A program made the translations under genes and the position numbers. Below, one piece after another: positions 15,086-24,357 of a stretch of DNA of 64,000 nt. How positions within the stretch are numbered: position 1 is the stretch's first letter; the number at the start of each line of letters is the position of its first letter. A model generated the notes under the pieces. The model was not told the origin of the DNA. It worked only from the letters and a program-made list of their open reading frames with translations, and did no database searches. The DNA is from the human T2T-CHM13v2.0 reference genome, Homo sapiens. The stretch lies in NCBI RefSeq assembly GCF_009914755.1, contig NC_060926.1. The stretch is one strand, 5' to 3'.

Positions 15086-15483
15086 CTGCAAAACAGCAAA
15101 TATGGCAGCCTGCTCCTTCCTCTGGGAGTTCCATCCTGGGGGGTACCAACTTGATGCCAGTCAGAACTCTTCTGTAGGAGGTGTCTGGAAATCCCTATTA
15201 GAGGTCTCACCCAATCAGAAGGAATGGGATTAGAGTCCTGCTTAAAGAAGTGTCAGGCTGCCTCCTGGCAGAGTGAGTATGCTGCACTTGGGGGCAATCC
15301 CCCATATCCAGACCACCCAGACTTTCCAGAGCCAGCAGGCAGGAACGGCTGTCAGCTAAGCTGCAGATACAGTGGCCACCCCTCCCACTGGTGGCTCCAC
15401 CCCAGAGAGAGATCAGAGTCTGTTGTAAAACTCTGGCTAGAGTTGTTGAAATTCCCAGAGGGAGGCCCCACACAGTGAGAAGG
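15086..15483 (-). mobile_element. Old primate L1 (L1PA13-16/L1PB-like) 5'UTR, distal part, interrupted by ERV9
   Basis: ctgcaaaacagcaaatatggcagcctgctccttcctctgggagttccatcc is antisense L1 5'UTR. The sequence resumes collinearly at 23512. Confidence 0.8.
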
Positions 15484-16106
15484 TGAGAGGTGAAGCCAGC
15501 TGGACTTCCTGGGTCGAGTGGGGACTTGGAGAATTTTTCTGTCTAGCTAAAGGTTTGTAAATGCACCAATCAGCACTCTGTAAAAACGCCCCAATCAGTG
15601 CTCTGTAAAATGGACCAATCTGCAGGATGTGGTGGGGCCAAATAAGGGAATAAAAGCTGGCCACCCGAGCCAGCAGTGGCAACCCGCTCAGGTCCCCTTC
15701 CACGCTGTGGAAGTTTTGTTCTTTCGCTCTTCACAATAAATCTTGCTGCTGCTCACTCTTTGGGTCTGCACTACCTTTATGAGCTTTAACACTCACCACG
15801 AGGGTCTGCGGCTTCACTCTTGAAGTCAGCAAGACCATGAACCCACTGGGAGGAACAAACAACTCTGGACACGCCACCTTTAAGAGCTGTAACACTCACT
15901 GCAAAGGTCTGTGACTTCACTCCTAAAGTCAGCAAGACCATGAACCCACTGGAAAGAAGAAACTCCAGACACATCTGAACATCTGAAGGAACAAACTCTG
16001 GACACACTATCTTTAAGAAATGTAACACTCACCGCAAGGGTCCATGGCTTCATTCTTGGAGTCAGCAAGACCAAGAACCCACTGGAAGGAACCAATTCTG
16101 GACACA
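15484..16106 (+). promoter_or_regulatory. 5' LTR (LTR12 family)
   Basis: Starts tgagaggtgaagccagctggacttcc and ends aattctggacaca. CCAAT boxes at 15566, 15591 and 15615 lie in tandem U3 sub-repeats. TATA-like aataaaa at 15649, AATAAA at 15735, and three downstream taacactcac...aagacca..aacccact sub-repeats. Confidence 0.95.
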
Positions 16107-16109
16107 TTT

Positions 16110-16127
16110 TGGCGACCACGAAGGGAC
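16110..16127 (+). promoter_or_regulatory. Primer binding site for tRNA-Arg
   Basis: TGGCGACCACGAAGGGAC, 3 nt after the LTR. It is the reverse complement of the recalled human tRNA-Arg(TCG) 3' end GTCCCTTCGTGGTCG-CCA. Confidence 0.9.
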
Positions 16128-16136
16128 AATCACCAA

Positions 16137-16145
16137 GCGGTGAGT
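16137..16145 (+). promoter_or_regulatory. Probable major splice donor of the provirus
   Basis: gcg|gtgagt immediately downstream of the PBS, the canonical retroviral position. Confidence 0.65.
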
Positions 16146-17074
16146 ACCATCGGACCCCTTTCACTAGCTATTCTGTCCTATCTTTCCTTAGAATTTGGGG
16201 GCTAAATACCAGGCACCTGCCAGCCAGTTAAAAGTGACTAATGCAGCCACCAGACTAAAGACATGGGTGCCAGGCTTTCTGGGAAAGAGCTCTCTTACAA
16301 CCCCTGACCCCTCGAAGTTGGGAATGTTGGTTTGCCTGGAACCAGCTTCCGCTTTTCCTGTACTTCTGGACTGAGCCGAGGGTTGACAGAGAGGAAAGCC
16401 ATTCAGCTCCGGGGTCCCGACAACAAGTTGGTTGACCCTGCGGCCATGAGCAGAGCTCTCAAAGTCATGTCGCCCAAGCGAGACTTGCCCATCTATCCTA
16501 TCTATCTTGAACCTAGCCTCCTGGGTCCTAATGCCTGTCAGACAAACGTCCTCTCGCCTCTCTTCTCCAAGGCTAGTCCTGCTTCTAAAAACCACTCCCT
16601 GTCTCTGGTGCTTTTCTAGTTTCTCCTATAAGAATGATTTCTAGTATAAACTCCAGGACTCTATTCCCTTCTTTAGGCACCCGGGCTCACCAATCAGAAA
16701 GACATAATTTTTGCCCAAAGCCCCATCGGCGGTGGGGGGACTATCTGGAATTTTAGGATCCCTCCTCAGACTAGCAGGCCTAACAAAAGCTATTCCTCAA
16801 GCCAGGATATGCGGCACTTCAGAAATGGTATCTTTCCTGTTCATTTAAGTGAGGACAAAAGGCATCACTCTTCCAACTCTGGAGATCCCTACCCTCCCTT
16901 AGGGTATGGCCCTCCACTTCACTTTTGGGGCATAACATCTTTATAGGACAGTGCTAAGGTCCCAATACTAACAGGAGAATGCTTAGGACCCTAACAGGTT
17001 TTCGAGAATGTGTCAGTAAGGGACACTAAATCTGACCTTCCTTGGTCCTCCTTGTGGTCTAGGAGGAAAACTAG

Positions 17075-17230
17075 TGTTTCTGCTGCTGCATTGGTGAGCA
17101 CAACTATTCCAATCAGCAGTGTCCAGGGACTGTTGCGGGTTCTTGGGCAAGAGGTGTTTCTACTGCTGTGTCAGTGAGCACAACTATTCCAATCAGCAGG
17201 GTCCAGGGACTGTTGAGGGTTCTTGGGCAG
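17075..17230 (+). repeat. ~79-bp tandem duplication in the ERV leader
   Basis: gtgagcacaactattccaatcagcag.gtccagggactgttg.gggttcttgggca occurs twice in tandem. Confidence 0.9.
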
Positions 17231-17276
17231 GGGGAGAAACAAACAAACCAAAACCATGGGTGGTTTTGTCTTTCAG

Positions 17277-18733
17277 ATGGGAAACACTCAGGCATCAACA
17301 GGCTCACCCTTGAAATGCATCCCAAGCCATTGGGGCCAATTTGACCTGCAAACCCTGAAAAAGAGGTGGCTCATTTTTTTCTGCACTATGGCCTGGCCTC
17401 AATATTCTTTCTCTGATGGGGAAAAATGGCCACCTGAGGGAAGTATAAATTACAATACTATCCTGCAGCTTGACTTTTTCTGTAAAAGGGAAGGCAAATG
17501 GAATGAAATACCTTATGTCCAAGCTTTCTTTTCATTGAAGGAGAATCCACAACTATGCAAAGCTTGCAATTTACATCCCACAGGAGGACCTCTCAGCTTA
17601 CCTCCATATCCTAGCCACCCTATAGCTCCCCTTCCTATTAATGATAAGCCTCCTCTAATATCCCCTGCCCAGAAGGAAACAAGCAAAGAAATCTTTAAGG
17701 GACAACAAAAACTCCCAGGCTATTGGTTATATCCCCTGCAAGCTGTAGGGGGACAGGAATTTGGCCCAACCCAGGTACATGTCCCCTTCTCCCTCTCTGA
17801 TTTAAAGCAGATCAAGGCAGACCTGGGGAAGTTTTCAGATGACCCTGATAGGTACATAGGTGTCCTACAGGGTCTAGGGCAAACCTTCAATCTCACTTGG
17901 AGAGATGTCCTGCTATTGTTAGATCAAACCCTGGCCTTTAATGAAAAGAATGCAGCTTTAGCTGCAGCCCAAGAGTTTGGAGATACCTGGTATCTTCATC
18001 AAGTAAATTAAAGAATGACAGCTGAAGAAAGGGACAAATTCCCTACCAGTCAGCAAGCTGTCCCCAGTATGGATGCCCACTGGGACCTCGACTCAGATCA
18101 TGGGGACTGGAGTCGTAAACATCTGTTGACCTGTGTTCTAGAAGGACTAAGGAGAATTAGGAAAAAGCCCATGAATTATTCAATGATGTCCACCATAACT
18201 CAGGGAAAGGAAGAAAATCCTTCTGCCTTCCTTGAGCAGCTACAGGAGGCCTTAAGAAAATATACTCCTCTGTCACCCAACTCACTAGTGGGTCAATTGA
18301 TCCTAAAAGATAAGTTTATTACCCAATCAACCACAGATATCAGAAGAAAGCTCCAAAAGTGAGCCCTGGGCCCTGAACAAAATCTGGAGGCATTACTAAG
18401 CCTGGCAACCTTGGTATTCTATAGTAGGGACCAAGAGGAACAGGCCCAAAAGGAAAAGCGAGATCAGAGAAAGGCCATAGCCTTAGTCATGGCCCTCAGA
18501 CAAACCTTGGTGGTTCAAAGAGGACAGAAAATGGAGCAGGCCAATCACCTGGTGGGGCTTGTTACCAGTGTGGTTTGCAAGGACACCTTAAAAAAGATTG
18601 TCCAACGAGAAACAAGCCGCCCCATCGTCCATGTCCACTATACGGAGGCAATCACTGGAAGTCACACTACCCCAGAGGGCAAAGCTTCTCTGGGCCAGAA
18701 GCCCCCAACCAGATGATCCAATGACAGGACTGA
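17277..18733 (+). pseudogene. gag: ERV9 gag, disrupted
   Basis: MGNTQAS myristoylation-type start, [16 protein letters not shown], and MHR-like QGKEENPSAFLEQL. Zinc knuckle CYQCGLQGHLKKDC lies in a shifted frame (~18560-18602). Stops at 18009-18011 and 18360-18362, frameshift near 18505, terminal TGA at 18731-18733. Confidence 0.93.
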
Positions 18734-21197
18734 GGATGACTGCGGCAAGCACCCGTTCATGTCATCACCCCCTCACTGAGCCCTGGGTATGTTTAATCAT
18801 TGAGGGCCAGGAAATTGACTTCCTCCTGGACACTGGCACGACCTTCTCAGTGTTAATCCCCTGTCTTGGACGACTGTCCTCAAGGTCCGTTACCATCCAA
18901 GGAATCCTGGGACAGCCTGTAACCAGGTATTTCTCCCACCTCCTCAGTTGTAATTGGGAGACTTTGCTCTTTTCACATGCCTTTCTTGTTATGCCTGAAA
19001 GTCCCACACCCTTATTAGGGAGGGATATATTAGCCAAAGCTGGAGCTATTATCTCCATGAAGACAGGGAACAAGTTACCCATTTGTTGTCCCCTACTTGA
19101 GGGAATCAACCCTGAAGTCTGGGCATTGGAAGGACAATTTGGAAGGGCAAAAAATGCCCATCCACTCCAAATCAGGCTAAAAGACCCCATCAGTTTTCCT
19201 TATCAAAGGCAATATCCCTTAAGGCCTGAAGCTCATAAAGGATTACAGGATATTGTTAAACATTTAAAAGCTCAAGACTCAGTAAGAAAATGCAGCAGTC
19301 CCTGCAACACCCCAATTCTAGGAGTACAAAAACTGAACAGTCAGTGGAGACTAGTGCAAGATCTTAGACTCATCAATGAGGCAGTAATTCCTCTATATCC
19401 AGTTGTACGCAACCCCTATACCCTTCTCTCTCAAGTACCAGAGGAAGCAGAATGGTTCACTGTTCTGGACCTCAAGGATGCCTTCTTCTGTATTCCCCTG
19501 CACTCTGACTCCCAGTTTCTTTTTGCCTTTGAGGATCCCACAGACCACACATCCCAACTTATGTGGATGGTCTTGCCCCAAAGGTTTAGAGATAGCCCTC
19601 ATCTGTTTGGTCAGGCACAGGCCCAAGATCTAGGCCACTTCTCAAGTCCAGGCACTCTGGTCCTTCAGTATGTGGACGATTTACTTTTGGCTGCCAGTTC
19701 AGAATTTCATGCCAGCAGGCTGCTCTAGATCTCTTGAACTTTCCAGCTAATCAAGGGTACGAGGCCTCTAGGTCGAAGGCCCAGCTTTGCCTACAGCAGG
19801 TCAAATATCTAGGCCTAATCTTAGCCAGAAGGACTAGGGCCCTCAGCAAGGAACGAATACAGCCTATAGTGGCTTATCCTTGCCCTAAGACATTAAAAAA
19901 TTTCCCAGAGTTCCTTGGAATCACTGGCTTTTGCCAACTATGGATCCCCAGATACAGCGAGATAGCCAAGACCCTCTATACTCTAATCAAGGAGATGGAG
20001 AGGGCAAATACTCACCTAGTAGAATGGGAACCAGAGGCAGAAACAGCCTTCGAAACCTTAAAGCAGGCCCTAGTACAAGCTCCAGCTTTAAGCCTTCCCA
20101 CAGGACAAAACTTCGCTTTATATGTCATAGAGAGAGCAGGGATAGCTCTTGGAGTCCTTACTCAGACTCACAGGACAACCCCACAACCAGTGGCATACCT
20201 AAGTAAGGAAATTGATGTAGTAGCAAAAGGCTGGCCTCACTGTTTAAGGACAGTTGTGGCAGTGGCTGTCTTAGTGTCAGAGGCTATCAAAATAATACAA
20301 GGAAAGGATTTCACTGTCTGGACTACTCATGATGTGAATGGCATACTAGGTGCCAAAGGCAGTTTATGGCCATCAGACAACTGCCTACTTAGATACCAGG
20401 CACTACTCCTTGAGGAACCAGTGCTTCAAATACATATGTGCATAGCCATCAACCCTGCCACTTTTCTCCCAGAAGATGGGGAACCAATCAAGCATGACTG
20501 CCAGCAAATTATAGTCCAGACTTATGCCACCCAAGATGATCTCTTAGAAGTCCCCTTAGCTAATCCTGACTTTAACCTATATAACAGTGGAAGTTCATTT
20601 GTAGAGAATGGGATACAAAGGGCAGGTTATGCCATAGTTAGTGATGTAACTGTACTTGGAAGTAAGCCTCTTTCCCCAGGGACTAGCACCCAGTTAGCAG
20701 AACTAGTGGCACTTACCCGAGCCTTAGAACTGGGAAAAGGAAAAAGAATAAATGTGTATACAGATAGCAAGTATGCTTATCTAATCCTACATGCCCATGC
20801 TGCAATATGGAAAGAAAGGGAGTTCCTAACCTCTGGGGGCACCCCCATTAAATACCACAAGGAAATTATGGAGTTATTGCACACAGTGCAAAAACCCAAA
20901 GAGGTGGCAGTCTTACACTGCCAAAGCCATCAGAAGGTGAAAGAGAAAAGGCAGAAGGAAACCGTCGGGCAGATGCTGAGGCCAAAATTGTTGCCAGGCA
21001 GAACCTCCCATTAGAAATACCTACAGAAGGACCCTTGGTATGGAACAACCCCCTCCAAGAGATTAAGCCCCAGTATTCCCCTACTGAAATGGAATGGGGA
21101 CTTTCACAGAGACATAGTTTTCTCCCTTCAGGGTGGTTAACAACGGAAGAAGGAAAGGTATTTATACCTGAAGGCAGCCAGTGGAAAATACTTAAAA
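18734..21197 (+). pseudogene. pol: ERV9 pro-pol (protease, RT, RNase H, N-terminal stub of integrase), frameshifted and 3'-deleted
   Basis: Protease FLLDTGT and LLGRDIL. RT WRLVQDLR, LDLKDAFF, LPQ and YVDD (19669-19680). RNase H AELVAL and YTDSKYA. Frameshifts near 18770, 19700 and 20935. No integrase DDE core present. Confidence 0.95.
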
Positions 21198-22732
21198 CCA
21201 ATCCTTCCCTGGCAAATGACAGTTGGCTTTGTATCTCTCTTATGTTGCCACTCCCATTCCCGCAAAAAAATTGGGTCTTTAGCAACTTAACCTACCACCC
21301 TCATTATGAAGGAAAAGACCCTTTCTGACTTCTGAATATGCAATCATTAGCCGACTTCCCCATCTCTGATAGGACGTCTAACAGGACGTGCAATCCAACT
21401 TTTATGTTCTTACCTTTCCAACCTCACCTATTACACAAGTAATGAAAAGCCCATACACGGTCCTGTAACTATGAATACCATCTTAACTTTCCAAGCCCCT
21501 TTATGCATCCAATGCAACCTGCTATCAGGCCTGCCCCTGGGGCACTTACTATTCCATCAGTGTAATTACACCCTATAACTTCAAGCCCCAACTAATCATA
21601 GTAACTTCTGAGTCACTCAAACAGCTCCATTCAGATGGCTTGTCCGCCTCTCAGGGCCTCCAAAAATCATTGCCTCCTCCCTGTTTAACAAACAGTCCAG
21701 GTTTTGTAATGGCAAACATACTCCCTGGATGACCATTCACCCCTGGACCCTCTGCAGCAGCACCCCCACCACTAGTGAATGCCTTCTCATCCCCTCTTTC
21801 AATCACTCTCTCGAATGGTTCCTAGTAGATATGAAATGATTTTTTCTCCAATGGGAAAATAGAACACAGGGAGCCACTCAGTTTGCTCCAAACACCCCTT
21901 TCCAGCCACTCACCGGAGCTACCTTAGCAAGTATTCTAGGAGTATGGGAAAATGAAAACAACAAACTTACACACCTTTTTAACATATACAACCAGTTCTG
22001 TCTACCCAGCCAAGGTATATCCTTATGTGGAATGTCAACCTATATCTGCCTCCCCACTAACTGGACAGGCACCTGCATCTTAGTCTCTCTAAGTCCCAAC
22101 ATTAAAATTGCCCCAGAAAATCAGACCCAATTGGTACCCCTCAAAGCTCAAGTCCATCAGTGCAGAGCCATACAACTGATACCCCTATTTATAGGGCTAG
22201 GAATGGCTACTGCTACAGGAACTGGAATAGCCAGTTTATCTACTTCAGTATCCTACTACCACACACTCTCAAAGGATTTCTCAGTTTGCAAGAAATAACA
22301 AAATCTATCCTTACTCTACAATCCCAAATAGACTGTTTGGCAGCAGTGACTCTCCAAAACTGCCAAGGCTTAGACCTCCTCACTGCTGAGAAAGGAGGAC
22401 TCTGCACCTTCTTAGGGGAAGAGTGTTGTTTTTATACTAACCAGTCAGGGATAGTAAGAGATGCTGCCCGGCATTTACAGGAAAAGGCTTCTGAAATCAG
22501 ACAATGCCTTTCAAACTCTTATACCAACCACTGGAGTTGGGCAACATGGCTTCTCCCCTTTCTAGGTCCTGTGGCAGCCATCTTGCTATCATTCGCCTTT
22601 GGGCCCTGTATTTTTAACCCTCTTGTCAAATTTGTTTCCTCTAGGATCAAGGCCATCAAGCTACAGATGATCTTACAAATGGAACCCCAAATAAGCTCAG
22701 CTAACAACTTCTACCGAGGACCCCTGGAGTGA
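21198..22732 (+). pseudogene. env: ERV9 env (SU remnant and TM), lacking the N-terminus
   Basis: SWLC (degenerate CWLC), YICLPTNWTGTC, degenerate cleavage site HQCR/AIQLIPLFIGLG fusion peptide, ISD LQNCQGLDLLTAEKGGLC, CX6CC (CTFLGEECC) and TM WLLPFLGPVAAILL. Several stops and frameshifts. Confidence 0.93.
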
Positions 22733-22873
22733 CCCGCTGGCCCTTTCACTGGCCTAAAGAGTTCCCCTCTGGAGGACACTACAACTGCAGGGCCCCTTCT
22801 TCACCCCTATCCAGCAGGAAGTAGCTAGAGTGGTCATCGCCCAATTCCCAACAGCAGTTGGGGTGTCCTGTTT

Positions 22874-22883
22874 AGATGGGGGA
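22874..22883 (+). promoter_or_regulatory. Polypurine tract
   Basis: agatggggga just upstream of the 3' LTR TG. Confidence 0.7.
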
Positions 22884-22884
22884 T

Positions 22885-23511
22885 TGAGAGGTGAAGCCAG
22901 CTGGACTTCCTGGGTCGAGTGGGGACTTGGAGAACTTTTCTGTCTAGCTAAAGTTTGTAAACGCACCAATCAGCACTCTGTAAAAATGCACCAATCAGTG
23001 CTCTGTAAAATGGACTAATCAGCAGAACGTGGCGCGGCCAAATAAGGGAATAAAAGCTGGCCACCGAGCCAGCAGTGGCAACCTGCCTGGGTCCCAGTCC
23101 CCTTCCACACTGTGGAAGCTTTGTTCTTCTGCTTTTCACAATAAATCTTGCTGCTGCTCATTCTTTGGGTCTGCACTACCTTTATGAGCTGTAACACTCA
23201 CTGTGAGGGTCTGCGGCTTCACTCCTCAAGTCAGTGAGACCACAAACCCACCAGGAGGAACAAACAACTCTGGATGCACCACCTTTAAGAGCTGTAACAC
23301 TCACTGCGAAGGTCTGTGGCTCCACTCCTGAAGTCAGCAAGACCACGAACCCACTGGAAGGAAGAAACTCTGGACACATCTGAACATCTGAAGGAACAAA
23401 CTCCAGACATGCTATCTTTAAGAACTGTAACACTCACCATGAGGGTCCGTGGCTTCATTCTTGAAGTCAGCGAGACCAAGAACCCACTGGAAGGAACCAA
23501 TTCTGGACACA
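22885..23511 (+). promoter_or_regulatory. 3' LTR (LTR12 family)
   Basis: Collinear with the 5' LTR, with the same termini tgagaggtgaagcc...aattctggacaca. Confidence 0.95.
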
Positions 23512-24261
23512 GACGGATGGATCAGGGTCCCACTTAAAGAAGCAGTCTGGCTACAATCTGCCAGAGCAGCTGTGCTGTGCTGTGGGGAATTCCTCCCAGT
23601 CCAGACTGCCCAGACTCCCTGGATCCAGCAGGCCAAAATGGCGGGTTCTAGCTGCAGAAATGGCAGTCACCCCTCGCCCCGGGATCCCAGTCATTTCAGG
23701 CAGTTTCCAGCTTGCTGCCACAGGCTGGCAGCTGGGTTTCCAAGCCAATGGGTCTTAACTTGTGAGGTGCTGTGGGAGTGGAGTCCACAGAGTGATGCCA
23801 CTTGGCTCTCTAACTTCTGTTCCCTTTCCAGGGGAGTGCAAGGAGGATCTTCTGTCTCACCAGAATTCCCGGGACCAGAGTATGCAAAAACCCCCATGTC
23901 TCCCTGAGTGGCATCTCTGAGTGGCCACTGAGAGACCACACACCTCTGTGCTTCAGACCCAAGGCCCTGCTGGCATGGGTTCATGAGGAGATCTGCTCCA
24001 TGGGTTGCAAAGATCCGTGAGAAAATCAAGGAAAAGCAATGAGTAATTGTGTGACCCTGCCCCACTTGGCTGGAGATAGGAGTTTTCCTGGTTTCATGCC
24101 CTACCCTGTTTTTCCTTGCTCTTAGGGTCACGTTTATTGTCTAGTCAGTCCCAATGTGAGAACCTGGATACCTCAGCTGAAGATGTAGGATTCACTTGCT
24201 GTTTTCTTTCTTCTCTGTGAGAGCTGTGAACCTCAGCTGCTTCTAATCAGCCATCTTGGCC
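23512..24261 (-). mobile_element. Old primate L1 5'UTR, proximal part including the L1 5' terminus
   Basis: Continues from 15483 (ggatcagggtcccacttaaagaagcagtctggc). Ends with taatcagccatcttggcc, the reverse complement of the L1 start ggccaagatggctga (YY1 site). Confidence 0.82.
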
Positions 24262-24357
24262 TAGGATCTATCACAACGTACATTTACAATGTACAAAGTC
24301 TCTATTAATTTAAACATTACCTTAACAATAGAAATTTAGAGAATTTCTGTTTGGTGT

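Larger units (their letters stand above)
15484..23511 (+). mobile_element. HERV9/ERV9 defective provirus (class I, gamma-like ERV)
   Basis: Two ~625-bp TG...CA LTRs, tRNA-Arg PBS, gag-pro-pol-env remnants and PPT. Flanking 5-bp near-TSD gaagg / gacgg. Confidence 0.96.

Noticed and set aside
15780-16106. Regularly spaced direct repeats in the LTRs, superficially CRISPR-like
   Set aside because: These are the known tandem sub-repeats of LTR12, present in both LTRs. The intervening sequences are homologous rather than unique spacers, and there are no cas genes.
17223-21014. Replication-competent or intact gag-pol
   Set aside because: Multiple stops and frameshifts, and the integrase core is deleted.
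22160-22732. 190-aa env TM ORF as a domesticated syncytin-like gene
   Set aside because: GTG start in an out-of-frame leader, a frameshift near 22280 separating the fusion peptide, no signal peptide, and mutated furin and ISD arginines.
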